Notes: generated by a model from the letters alone, not told the origin. Shown: positions 8,259 to 17,951, counted from the first letter of the stretch. The stretch is 29,014 nucleotides of DNA from an uncultured archaeon (GCA_964496765.1 CAZCAP010000003.1:68954-97967); one strand, 5' to 3'. Program-made: numbers and translations.

Positions 8259-9743
8259 ATGGTTGTTGCGTTTACAAAAATTGATAAGGATGTTTATGAA
8301 TACATTTCTAAAAAGAAAAATGTTGATTTTAATTTATTAATAACTGATTTAAACCTAGATTCAGATTCAATTAGAAGATCAATTGAATTTCTAAAATCTG
8401 AAGAAATAATCTCTGAGGATATTAAAAAAACAGATGGATATGAAATTTCTAGTCTTGGTGAAGACGCAATAATTGGTAATCTTCTGGAGGATGCCTTTTG
8501 CAAGTATCTTGCTGATAATGAAATTTTAGTGTCTGATCTAAAAAATTTAAAAATAAATAATCTATCAAACGAAGATATCTCTTTGGCGTTTGGGATTGCA
8601 AAAAGAAATAATTTAATTACCATTGAGAATGGTTTAATTAGACCTACTTCTGATTATAAGAGTAAAATAAACAACACCATTGATATACTTAAAAAAATTA
8701 AGTTTAATTTATCTGCAGATCCGAATTCTGTTGATTTGTCTGAATTTTTGAAAAGAAAATTAATTGTAAAAAAACAAATTATTCAAAAAACATATTCTTT
8801 CCTTAAAGAAATTAATTATAAAATTGATGATGATTACATTTTAGAATTAACTCCATCAATTATTAAATCAAAAAACTTTTCTGATCTTAAGTTTAAAGAA
8901 TATGATGTGGCTATTCTTCCATCTCCAAAGGAGATTGGGAGATATCATCCACTACGTGAAATAATAAATACAATTAAACAGATTTATATGGAAATGGGAT
9001 TCTTAGAAGTGAGAGGGCCCTATGTTGAAACATCTTTTTGGCCAATGGATTCTATGTTTATTTCTCAGGATCATCCAATGAGAGATGTGCAGGATACATT
9101 CTATCTCCCAATATCAGGAGACCTGCCTGATAAAAGATTAATTAAAAGAATTTCTGAAATGCACAATAATGGTGGCAAAACTGGTTCAATGGGACATAGG
9201 TATGTTTGGAAGGAAGATATTGCAGCTCAATTAGTTCTAAGACCACACACAACCGCTGTCACCTATAGAACATTTCATTCTCTTGAAAACAAGAATGAAG
9301 CAAAGTACTTTTGCGTTGGTAAGGTTTTTAGAAACGAAACATCTAACTCATCACACCTTCCTGAATTTCATCAGGCAGAGGGTTTTGTAATTGGAAAGGA
9401 TATTGGGCTTGCAGAGCTTATGGGATTCATTACTGAATTTTCTAGTCGTTTAGGACTTAAAAAAATTAAATTTAAACCAACTTTCAATCCCTATACAGAA
9501 CCAAGTGTTGAAGCATTTGCCTACTATGAAAATGAAAAAAGATGGATGGAGTTTATTAATGCTGGTGTTTTCAGACGTGAGGCACTTGAACCCTATAAAA
9601 TAAAAAATAATGTGATTGCTTGGGGACTAGGAGTTGAAAGAGTTGCTATGCTATTACACCAAAAATCTATAAAAGAAATATATGGTGATGAATGTAATCT
9701 TGATTGGCTTAGAACTTACAGGATTGCAAACAAAAAATTATAA
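8259..9743 (+). CDS. pheS: Phenylalanine--tRNA ligase alpha subunit
   Basis: 494 aa. It has an archaeal/eukaryal-type N-terminal helical region and a class II core with LRPHTT, FRNE, EFHQAEG and the motif 3 sequence GLGVERVAMLL. Confidence 0.93.
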   Translation: MVVAFTKIDKDVYEYISKKKNVDFNLLITDLNLDSDSIRRSIEFLKSEEIISEDIKKTDGYEISSLGEDAIIGNLLEDAFCKYLADNEILVSDLKNLKINNLSNEDISLAFGIAKRNNLITIENGLIRPTSDYKSKINNTIDILKKIKFNLSADPNSVDLSEFLKRKLIVKKQIIQKTYSFLKEINYKIDDDYILELTPSIIKSKNFSDLKFKEYDVAILPSPKEIGRYHPLREIINTIKQIYMEMGFLEVRGPYVETSFWPMDSMFISQDHPMRDVQDTFYLPISGDLPDKRLIKRISEMHNNGGKTGSMGHRYVWKEDIAAQLVLRPHTTAVTYRTFHSLENKNEAKYFCVGKVFRNETSNSSHLPEFHQAEGFVIGKDIGLAELMGFITEFSSRLGLKKIKFKPTFNPYTEPSVEAFAYYENEKRWMEFINAGVFRREALEPYKIKNNVIAWGLGVERVAMLLHQKSIKEIYGDECNLDWLRTYRIANKKL

Positions 9744-9758
9744 TTAAATTGATTGACT

Positions 9759-11411
9759 ATGGCAAATTTAGAAATTAGTTTTGAAACTATTAAAAAAGAA
9801 ATTAAAAAAAATGACATCACACTTGAACAATTGTCAGATATTCTTTTTGATTTTGGTCTAGAGATTGATTCCTATGATAAAGATACTGATGAAGTGAAGA
9901 TTGAAATTACGGCAGAAAGAATTGATCTATTATCTGTCCAAGGTTTTCTTCGTTCATTAAAAGCCTATCTTTCTATTCAAGATTGTCCCATCTACTGTGC
10001 AAAGGATTCTGGGTCGGAAGTTAATGTGGATGCTAGTGCTAGAGAATATGGTAATTATACAGTGTGTGCAATTGTTAAAAATCTAAACTTGACAGATGAA
10101 AAAATAAAAGAAATAATTAATATCCAAGAAAAATTACATTTAACCTATTGTAGAAAACGAAAATCAGCAGCAATTGGAGTTTATCCTCTTGAAAAAATAA
10201 AATTCCCAATAACCTTCCTAGCTGAAGAACCAAAGAAAATTAAATTTATTCCATTGGGAGAAACAAAAGAACTAACCGGGGAGCAAATATTAATTGAACA
10301 TGAAACCGGAAAAGAATATGCTTATCTTATTTCTGGAAAAAAGAAATACCTTATTTTTATGGATTCTAATGATCAGGTATTATCAATGCCACCAATAATC
10401 AATTCCGAAAGCACTGGTAGAATCACTGAAAATACTAAAGATGTATTCATTGAATGTACTGGTCAAAACCTAATTAAGCTTAAATATCTTCTTTCAATCA
10501 TAACTACAGTATTCAAGGACCTCGGAGGAGAAGTTTATTCTCTTAATATAAATTACCCTGATGGAACTAAGATGATTGCTCCTGATTTTATTTATGACAA
10601 AAAAACAATTTCTATAAAAGACGCAAATAAAATTCTTGGAACAGAAATAACTACTGAGGGGTCAATAGATTTACTAAAGAAAATGAGCTATCAAGCTAAG
10701 GTTATTGATAAAGATAAAGTTGAGGTGTTAGTTCCTCCATTTAGATCAGATGTTTTACATGACTATGATGTGTTTGATGATCTTGCAAGAGCCTATGGAT
10801 TCTCAAACATAAAACTAAAAACCCCACACATCTGTACGATTGGTGGGCTTGATGAAACCACAGAAAAACAAGATAATATAATTAAACTAATGGTTGGAAT
10901 GAGACTTTGTGAGGTTATGCCTCTAACTCTGTCCTCAAATAAGCAATCCTTTGAAAATTTCAATCTTTCAGGAAACAATTATATTGATTTAGGTTTTTCT
11001 GCAGATTTTAGTTTAAATATAGTTTCAAATTGGTTGATTCCTAAATTATTTGTGGTTCTTTCTAATAATCAACATAGAAGTTATCCTCAACAAATATTTG
11101 CATGTGATGAGGTTGTTATATTTGACAGGGCTTTGGAAACCAGATCTAAGAATGTTTTGCACACAGCATGTTTGATTGCAAACACAACTGTTACTTTCAC
11201 TGAGGTTTCAAGCATACTTCTTACTCTTTGCAATTCATTGGGAAAGGAACTTAAGCTTGAGAAAGATAATTTTCCATATTATATTAAAGGAAGATCCGCA
11301 AAAGTAATTATTGATGGAAAGAATGTAGGGACAATAGGAGAATTCAATCCTGATGTACTTACAAAGAACAATTATTCCATGCCTGTTGCTGGATTTGAGA
11401 TAGAAATATAA
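9759..11411 (+). CDS. pheT: Phenylalanine--tRNA ligase beta subunit
   Basis: About 550 aa, directly downstream of pheS. It has the archaeal beta-subunit pattern, including LSMPPIINSE (B3/4 domain) and PPFRSDVLHDYDVFDDLARAYG (B5 region). The track starts at TTG 9753; I prefer the ATG at 9759. Confidence 0.88.
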   Translation: MANLEISFETIKKEIKKNDITLEQLSDILFDFGLEIDSYDKDTDEVKIEITAERIDLLSVQGFLRSLKAYLSIQDCPIYCAKDSGSEVNVDASAREYGNYTVCAIVKNLNLTDEKIKEIINIQEKLHLTYCRKRKSAAIGVYPLEKIKFPITFLAEEPKKIKFIPLGETKELTGEQILIEHETGKEYAYLISGKKKYLIFMDSNDQVLSMPPIINSESTGRITENTKDVFIECTGQNLIKLKYLLSIITTVFKDLGGEVYSLNINYPDGTKMIAPDFIYDKKTISIKDANKILGTEITTEGSIDLLKKMSYQAKVIDKDKVEVLVPPFRSDVLHDYDVFDDLARAYGFSNIKLKTPHICTIGGLDETTEKQDNIIKLMVGMRLCEVMPLTLSSNKQSFENFNLSGNNYIDLGFSADFSLNIVSNWLIPKLFVVLSNNQHRSYPQQIFACDEVVIFDRALETRSKNVLHTACLIANTTVTFTEVSSILLTLCNSLGKELKLEKDNFPYYIKGRSAKVIIDGKNVGTIGEFNPDVLTKNNYSMPVAGFEIEI

Positions 11412-11413
11412 AC

Positions 11414-11419
11414 TTTTTT
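11414..11419 (+). terminator. Oligo-T tract after pheT
   Basis: A T6 run begins 3 nt after the pheT stop. Archaeal termination typically occurs at oligo-T tracts. Confidence 0.4.
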
Positions 11420-11643
11420 CTGCATTATATATTTATGATTAACAGCTTAATTATAACTGAAAATAAAAATATACTTTTTTCTTTAATTTATTCAGTTATT
11501 AGTATGTCTCCTATGCAAATGCGTTTGCATCTGTCATAGAATTTCTAATAGTTCATTCTAGACTGATGCTGTTAACTAAATTTTTAAAACTATTTATAAA
11601 TTTAAGGATATACTATATAATAGGATAAAGAGAGTGATAATTA

Positions 11644-13251
11644 ATGAAAAAAATAAGAATAATTACATCAGCATTACCTTTTGCAAACAATGTTCCACAT
11701 CTGGGGCATTTGCTTGGAAGCCATCTTCCAGCAGACATATTTGCAAGATATTCTAGGCTCATAGGCCATGAAACCTATTTTGTTGGAGGAACTGATGAAA
11801 ATGGAGCAGCAACAGAGTTTGCTGCATTTAAAGAAGGATTAACCCCTCAACAGATTTGTGATAAATACTTTGAAATACATAAGGATCTTTATGACAAGTT
11901 CAATATCAGTTATGATAATTTTTCTAGAACCTCAAAAAAAATACATCATGAACTAGTTCAAGAGCTTTTTTTAAACTTGTACAATAATAAATTCATTACT
12001 GAAAAAACAATTAAACAAGCTTATTGTAATGATTGTAAAAAAGGATTAGCAGACAGGTTCATTAAAGGAACCTGTCCCCATTGTGGATTTGAAAGAGCAG
12101 ATGGAGATCAATGCGAATCCTGTGGAACAGTTCTTAATCCCATTGAACTTAAAGATCCGAACTGTGCAATTTGTTTGAAAAAAGAAATTTCATTTATTGA
12201 TACTAAACACCTTTTTTTAAAAATAGATTCTGCAATTCTAGAAATAGATAAATGGATCAATAATAATGATTATTTAAGGTTTTGGGTGAAATCACTTGCT
12301 AACAGTTGGATAAAGAAAGGAATTGAAGAAAGATGTATAACTAGGGATCTTTCCTGGGGTGTAAAAATACCAATAGATGGCTATGAAACAAAAGTATTTT
12401 ATGTGTGGTTTGATAACACAATTGGCTATGTTTCATCAACCGCTGATTTGCTTGGTAAAGAAAAAGCACTTTCTCTATGGGAAAATAAAGACGTTGAAAA
12501 TTTTTATTTTGTTGGTAAAGATAATATCCCGTTTCATACCATCTTTTGGCCAGGAGCAATAATCGGAGACAAAAGATTCCATCTTCCCACAACAGTTTCT
12601 GGATATCAATTTCTAAATTTCGAAGGAGAAAAGTTTTCAAAAAGCAAAGGGATAGGCATTTTCCTTGATAAAGCAATCGCCTCTAATATTCCTATTGATT
12701 ATTGGAGATTTTATCTTACCTACATATTAACAGAAACAAGAGACACTGATTTTTTAATTGATGATTTCAAGGACAGAATAAACAAAGAGTTGATTGGGAA
12801 TTTAGGAAACTACGTAAATAGGGTTCTAAATTTTATATATACTAAATGTGATTCAAATATTCCTGAAATTAAGCAAAGAGATGAAAAACTGGAATCAGAA
12901 ATTAATGTTTTTGTTAAACAAATAACAACCAATTATGAAAAACTTGAAATTAGGCAAGCATTGTATGACATTCTTAAGTTATCAGATCTTGGAAATCGTT
13001 ATTTAAATGAAAAAGAACCATGGAAATCAGGAGATTTAACATCACTTGCCTATAGCACAGAAATAATTAGATTGCTTGCAATATTAATCTCTCCAATTAT
13101 TCCAGAATCAACAGATAAAATATTTGAATATTTAAACACAAATAATAAATCATTTGATTTAATACTGGAAACCAGAAAAATAAACAAACCAGAGATTTTA
13201 TTCAAGAGATTAGAAGATGAGGATATTGAAAAATTCAAGATAAAAAAATAG
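11644..13251 (+). CDS. metG: Methionine--tRNA ligase (core enzyme without a C-terminal appended domain)
   Basis: 535 aa. It has the class I signature PHLGHLLG (HIGH), KFSKSKG (KMSKS) and zinc knuckles CNDC, CPHCG, CESCG and CAIC. GTGAT at 11634..11638 lies 5 nt upstream of the ATG. Confidence 0.95.
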   Translation: MKKIRIITSALPFANNVPHLGHLLGSHLPADIFARYSRLIGHETYFVGGTDENGAATEFAAFKEGLTPQQICDKYFEIHKDLYDKFNISYDNFSRTSKKIHHELVQELFLNLYNNKFITEKTIKQAYCNDCKKGLADRFIKGTCPHCGFERADGDQCESCGTVLNPIELKDPNCAICLKKEISFIDTKHLFLKIDSAILEIDKWINNNDYLRFWVKSLANSWIKKGIEERCITRDLSWGVKIPIDGYETKVFYVWFDNTIGYVSSTADLLGKEKALSLWENKDVENFYFVGKDNIPFHTIFWPGAIIGDKRFHLPTTVSGYQFLNFEGEKFSKSKGIGIFLDKAIASNIPIDYWRFYLTYILTETRDTDFLIDDFKDRINKELIGNLGNYVNRVLNFIYTKCDSNIPEIKQRDEKLESEINVFVKQITTNYEKLEIRQALYDILKLSDLGNRYLNEKEPWKSGDLTSLAYSTEIIRLLAILISPIIPESTDKIFEYLNTNNKSFDLILETRKINKPEILFKRLEDEDIEKFKIKK

Positions 13252-13256
13252 GTTGC

Positions 13257-14138
13257 TTATAATCTTCTAAGATAGTGGAATCCAGATTTTCTGGATCCAA
13301 TTTTTTTATACCCTGTTGCCTTGTATGCTGCTTTATGCATTCCTGTTCCATTCGTGATTATCTGTTGCCTTTCTTCTTCGATTATTTTTTTAGTTTTCTC
13401 TGTATTATCAAATACATTGAATATAGACAATTTTTCTTTCTTTATTAATCTTCCTAGTATAATATTTTTATGTGGATTTTTATATCCGTGATGAAACTTT
13501 GGATCCAGTGCAATCGTTTGTTCTTTACCAGGGAATGCTTCTTGAATACATCCTATTATTAGATTTAAAAATGGGGTTTTGTGTTTCTTAGATAAATAAG
13601 TTATTTTTTCTTTGTTTTTGCCTTGCATGTTCCCAATTATGATTGATGGTTCTTTGTTTTTATTAAAATATAAATCAAAATTAAATATTGCAACATTATT
13701 GGCGTGTCCCATTTTTATATCATTAATATTAAATATTTTTAAATTCAAAGTAAATGGAGCATCTCCCATGGGATATAAGTAGGCTTTAATTCCTTTTTTT
13801 TTAAATGTTCTATCTAATTGTTCAAAGGAATCAATAAATGTTTCCATTATTGTTGATTTTACTTTTTTACTATTGTTTATGGAAAATTTTATTTTTTTGT
13901 ATTTATATATTTGATGTCCAGCATGTGTATGCCCAAGCTCATTCCAAAGGAAGCTTAAATTATCATCCCTATTAGAAGAAGGTAATAATATTTTGTGATA
14001 TCTTTGAAATAGTTCTATTTTCTTAATTGATATTGGTTTATTTTGTTGTCCAATAAATGAGCCTATATTTGATGGATTTACATTTAATTTCAAAAGGATT
14101 TGTTTTGCTTTTTCATAAGAAATAGTATTTACGACCAT
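13257..14138 (-). CDS. Hypothetical protein (orphan)
   Basis: 293-aa ORF that stays open in AT-rich DNA. An SD-like GAGGGAT lies just upstream of the ATG. Notable strings are WNELGHTHAGH, IIIGNMQG and KFHHGYKNPH. No family recognised with confidence. Confidence 0.6.
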   Translation of the reverse strand: MVVNTISYEKAKQILLKLNVNPSNIGSFIGQQNKPISIKKIELFQRYHKILLPSSNRDDNLSFLWNELGHTHAGHQIYKYKKIKFSINNSKKVKSTIMETFIDSFEQLDRTFKKKGIKAYLYPMGDAPFTLNLKIFNINDIKMGHANNVAIFNFDLYFNKNKEPSIIIGNMQGKNKEKITYLSKKHKTPFLNLIIGCIQEAFPGKEQTIALDPKFHHGYKNPHKNIILGRLIKKEKLSIFNVFDNTEKTKKIIEEERQQIITNGTGMHKAAYKATGYKKIGSRKSGFHYLRRL

Positions 14139-14180
14139 AATCCCTCAGGAATTTAAAACTATGTTATTTAAAAAAAAGAT

Positions 14181-14576
14181 TTAATTCTTCTTTCTTATAA
14201 TTCTAACATTGTCTCCGCCTTTAATGTATTCAACTTCGTCTCCAGATGCTAGATTAGTAAATTCTCTTTTTTCAACCTCAAAGGTCTGGTAATCAGAAAT
14301 ATCCATCATTTGATATTTTTCACCAAGATCAGCAATAATTTGTCCATTTCCTTTATCAAGTATTGGAACTTCTGTGTCTGTTTGTGTCCCTTTTAAAAAA
14401 TTCATTTTTTTATCATTAAAAACCCCTGTTGCAACCATTCTTGCTTTTGCTGCACCATGCTTTCCTGGTTTTGATTTATCAATTGAATCTATCTTACAAA
14501 CAACACCATCAATAAGGATATATTGTCCTTCCTTTATTCTTCCAACCTGTTCGAATTTTATTTGTACTTCTGCCAT
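14181..14576 (-). CDS. eif5a: Translation initiation factor 5A (aIF5A)
   Basis: 131 aa. It has the hypusine loop SKPGKHGAAKARM and a C-terminal OB-like domain. GGTGA at 14583..14587 (minus strand) lies 6 nt upstream of the ATG. Confidence 0.93.
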   Translation of the reverse strand: MAEVQIKFEQVGRIKEGQYILIDGVVCKIDSIDKSKPGKHGAAKARMVATGVFNDKKMNFLKGTQTDTEVPILDKGNGQIIADLGEKYQMMDISDYQTFEVEKREFTNLASGDEVEYIKGGDNVRIIRKKN

Positions 14577-14770
14577 GTTTACTCACCATTATTTAAATTT
14601 TTAATATAAATTAGTAATTATTTACTATATATTAAGGGTAAGTAGTAATTAAAAAGCTTTTCTTGCTTGAATATTCTTAAAAAATAAAGATTTAATTACA
14701 TAAATTTAATTTATAAACCTTATGGTAATATATAATATAGTTAATTTTACTTAAATTTAGGTGAATTTAT

Positions 14771-15418
14771 ATGGTTATGAAGAAAAAGAACTTAGTTGAT
14801 GATGAAAAGGATATTGCACGCATATCTCCAAAAAAATTAATACATAGATTTTATAACAAAGTCAATGTTAAAACTGCTGCTTTGATAATCTTTATTTCTG
14901 TTTTAATTGAAATGATAATCATGGCAATTGTTGGAGTAAAAAAAATTGGTATTTACTTTCTAATTAGTTTAGCAAATTCTTTTATTGTTTGGTGGTTGTT
15001 TATAGGAGTGATTCTATTCCTAATCATGTATTTCATAAGAGGAAGCTATAAGGTTAAACCCTATGATTTTAATCGTGTTCTTTCTGGTTTAGCTTCATTT
15101 AAGATTATAACCATTATTTCCATGCTTGTTGCAACAATAATTACATTAATCTTTATACCAAAAGTAATTCCTTTCATTAAACTTGTTTTTGCAAACCCAG
15201 CACTTGCCTATAGTGCAACTGCTCTTCCAATCATAGGAGTTTGGGGAATGATAGGAGTTGTATTATTAATTATTCTTGCTATTTGGGTTGTTGTTTATTA
15301 CATAGCAATGTTCTATCATCTAATGGGTGAGATGTTTCAAACACAGAAAGCTGGATTTAAGATATTAATGCTTGTGATCTTTGTGATAGTTGCTGTTCTT
15401 TTGCAACTATTGTTTTGA
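14771..15418 (+). CDS. Polytopic membrane protein (about 5 TM, Yip1-like architecture)
   Basis: 215 aa with a charged N-terminus followed by five hydrophobic helices. AGGTGA lies upstream of the ATG. The family assignment rests on architecture only. Confidence 0.55.
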   Translation: MVMKKKNLVDDEKDIARISPKKLIHRFYNKVNVKTAALIIFISVLIEMIIMAIVGVKKIGIYFLISLANSFIVWWLFIGVILFLIMYFIRGSYKVKPYDFNRVLSGLASFKIITIISMLVATIITLIFIPKVIPFIKLVFANPALAYSATALPIIGVWGMIGVVLLIILAIWVVVYYIAMFYHLMGEMFQTQKAGFKILMLVIFVIVAVLLQLLF

Positions 15419-15468
15419 TTTTCCTTCTTTCACTTCTTTTTTAAAATCTTACTCTTCTATATATATCT

Positions 15469-17901
15469 ATGACTAGTTATACTCTTAAACACAAAACTGG
15501 TGTTCTAATTGATGCATACTATAGGGATGGAATAAACCTAGTTATAAGAGATATTGAAACTAATGAAAAAAAAGATTATTTTTTTGATTTTTTACCTTAT
15601 TTTTATTTAAAAACAAATAAGGAACTAGATGTAAATGAAATAAATTCTTTACATGATGCCCTTAAAGGAATAAGTGAGATAATTAAAACTGAAAAGGAAA
15701 ACTCAAAAAACATCTATAAAATTTTGTTTATTGATGTTGAATCTCTTATTTCATCAAGAGAGTATTTACAAAAAAATGAAGTTAATCTATCATTTTCATT
15801 CTCATTATATGAATACGATATTCCTTTTATCCAAAGATTCTTTGTGGATAATAATTTATCTACTTTTAAAAAAATTAAATATAATCTTGATGAGAAAGAA
15901 AGGAAAGTGCTATCCTTTGAGGTTCTTGATGATTTTCTCCCTGATAATCTTTCCTACGTAACAATTGATTTGGAGGTGCTACCTCCTAATTCAGGAGTAT
16001 TTCCTGTTCCTGAAAATGATCCCATCATTTCAATTTCTGTTATTGGAAATAGAATAGGAAAGAATATCTTTTTCTTTGGAAATGGAGAGCTAAAAGAACC
16101 ATTAGCTATTCAAGATATTAATATAAGTTATTTTACTAATGAAATAAAGATGCTTGATTCATTAATTTCTTTTTTAAAAGATAAAGATCCTGATATCCTC
16201 TGGACCTATAATGGGGATGGGTTTGATTTGGAATATCTCGTGAAAAGATATAAAACTTTAAAATTAGAAGAATTTAAATTTGGGAAAAGGGATATTATTT
16301 TTCGTAGAGGTAGAAGTAAGATTGCCTCTATTTCAGGAACAGTTCATCTTGATGTTTATGTTTTAATTAAATTATTAAACTATCTACAGGTTTTTAATTA
16401 TTCTAAGTTTGATTTAAATACAATCTACACTCAAATTACTGGAAAGCCTAAGCTCAAGTTGCCTCCCAAGGAAATGATTCAAGCCTATGAGGATAGAGCT
16501 TATGAAAAAATAATCACCTATAATCAGGATGATACAATTGCGACAGAAGAATTAGGAGTATCCTACTATGCTCTCGTTTATGAGGTAGCTAAATTAATTT
16601 ACGTTCCTGTGTTTGATGTTCTAAGATCATCAGCAGGAGCTTTAGTTGAAAAATGGTTTATTAGTTATTACACGAAAAACAATTTATTAATTCCAAACAA
16701 GCCAACTGAAAATGAGATTTCAGAAAGAGTAAGACACACCTTTGAGGGTGCATTTGTTCAACCACCCTTACCAGGGCTTCATAAAAACATTGCAGTTGTG
16801 GATTTTAGAAGTTATCATATTTCTCTTATTATTACCTATAACATAAGTCCAGAAACCATTGATCTTCCTTTTTCAGATAAACCAGAAAAAACTGAAATAC
16901 TTGGACACTTTATATCCACTTCTCCTCCTGGCTTTGTTCCTACTCTTTTATCCAGTCTCCTAACTATGAGAATTAAGGTTAAGAATGAAATGAAAAAGCT
17001 TACAAAGGGAACTCAGGAATACAAGAGATTTTATGCTCAACAATATGCCCTTAAGATTCTTCTTGCATCCACCTATGGATATATGGGTTTTTCAGGAGCA
17101 AGATGGTATTGTAAGAATTGTTTAACAATCATGTATCATCTGGTTAGAACAAAAATACAGGAAACAATAAAAGTTTTCGAAGATAAAGGCTACACCGTAA
17201 TCTATGGTGATACTGATTCTTGTTTTATTCAATATACTTCTGAAGCAAAATTAAAAGATGATTTAATTGAAATAAATGATCTTCTTCCAAAATCAATGGC
17301 TCTGGAGCTTGAAGATCTATTCAAGACAGGAATATTTGTGCTTGCAAGATCTGAAAAGAAAGCAGCTAAAAAGAAATATGCTCTTCTTGATTTTAAAGGG
17401 AACCTTAAGATTAAGGGATTTGAATTCGTACGAAGGGACTGGTGTCCTCTGGTTAAGGAAACACAAAAAGCTGTTCTTTCAATGGTTCTGGAGGATGAAA
17501 ACCCAAAAAAAGCAATATCTTTTGTTAAAGAAGTTCTTCTTGAATTGCAAATGCGAAAGATTCCAAACAAAAAGTTAATTATTCAATCCTTTGTTCATAA
17601 GAAACTTGGAAGCTATAAAACCTTAAATCCAGCAATGTCTGCTCTTATTGATGCAAAAAAGGAAGGTAGACAAATAACAACAGGGAATGTTATTGAATTT
17701 ATAATCACAAACAAGCAAGGTAAAACCATTTCTGAAAAATCTAAATTTGCAGAGTTTGTAAAAGAAGGGGATTATGATATTGATTATTACATAAACAATC
17801 AATTAATTCCTGCCATTTATCCAATACTTGAGGTGTTTGGAATAAGCGGAGATGAGCTTCTTACTGGTAAGAAACAAAACAATTTAGGAGCTTATTTTTA
17901 A
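15469..17901 (+). CDS. polB: Family B DNA polymerase (PolB) with a C-terminal PIP box
   Basis: 810 aa. Exo I is IDLEV, Exo II is YNGDGFDLEYL and Exo III is YNQDDTIAT. Motif A is DFRSYHISLII (16801..16833), motif B is KILLASTYG (17053..17079) and motif C is YGDTDS (17203..17220). It also has KKKYA and the C-terminal QNNLGAYF (17875..17898). No inteins. No SD is visible, and a TATA-like TTTTTTAAAA lies about 25-30 nt upstream of the ATG, so the transcript may be leaderless. Confidence 0.95.
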   Translation: MTSYTLKHKTGVLIDAYYRDGINLVIRDIETNEKKDYFFDFLPYFYLKTNKELDVNEINSLHDALKGISEIIKTEKENSKNIYKILFIDVESLISSREYLQKNEVNLSFSFSLYEYDIPFIQRFFVDNNLSTFKKIKYNLDEKERKVLSFEVLDDFLPDNLSYVTIDLEVLPPNSGVFPVPENDPIISISVIGNRIGKNIFFFGNGELKEPLAIQDINISYFTNEIKMLDSLISFLKDKDPDILWTYNGDGFDLEYLVKRYKTLKLEEFKFGKRDIIFRRGRSKIASISGTVHLDVYVLIKLLNYLQVFNYSKFDLNTIYTQITGKPKLKLPPKEMIQAYEDRAYEKIITYNQDDTIATEELGVSYYALVYEVAKLIYVPVFDVLRSSAGALVEKWFISYYTKNNLLIPNKPTENEISERVRHTFEGAFVQPPLPGLHKNIAVVDFRSYHISLIITYNISPETIDLPFSDKPEKTEILGHFISTSPPGFVPTLLSSLLTMRIKVKNEMKKLTKGTQEYKRFYAQQYALKILLASTYGYMGFSGARWYCKNCLTIMYHLVRTKIQETIKVFEDKGYTVIYGDTDSCFIQYTSEAKLKDDLIEINDLLPKSMALELEDLFKTGIFVLARSEKKAAKKKYALLDFKGNLKIKGFEFVRRDWCPLVKETQKAVLSMVLEDENPKKAISFVKEVLLELQMRKIPNKKLIIQSFVHKKLGSYKTLNPAMSALIDAKKEGRQITTGNVIEFIITNKQGKTISEKSKFAEFVKEGDYDIDYYINNQLIPAIYPILEVFGISGDELLTGKKQNNLGAYF

Positions 17902-17903
17902 TC

Positions 17904-17924
17904 TTTTTTTGTTTTATATTTTTT
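17904..17924 (+). terminator. Oligo-T tracts after polB
   Basis: T7 (17904..17910), then GTTTT and T6 within 25 nt of the polB stop. Confidence 0.45.
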
Positions 17925-17951
17925 AAATATACAAAAAGGTATGTGTGAATT

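Noticed and set aside
11435-11539. 34-codon small ORF (MINSLIITENKNILFSLIYSVISMSPMQMRLHLS) in the pheT-metG spacer
   Set aside because: It has no SD or convincing promoter. My rough estimate gives about a 6% chance per frame of a 34-codon open stretch at this composition, so one is expected by chance across six frames. It overlaps the inverted repeats reported separately.
11412-11643. Possible replication origin (AT-rich spacer with inverted repeats)
   Set aside because: There is no adjacent orc1/cdc6 gene and no repeated ORB-like element of adequate length. The repeats are short and near chance expectation.
8294-17578. Other nested antisense or alternate-frame ORFs (8294..8623, 10793..10978, 12341..12676, 12377..12562, 13050..13238, 14374..14604, 15731..15961, 17229..17570, 17276..17578, 18132..18338, 18656..18937)
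   Set aside because: Each is contained in a longer CDS with clear family motifs (pheS, pheT, metG, aIF5A, polB, e2b2). None has independent support.
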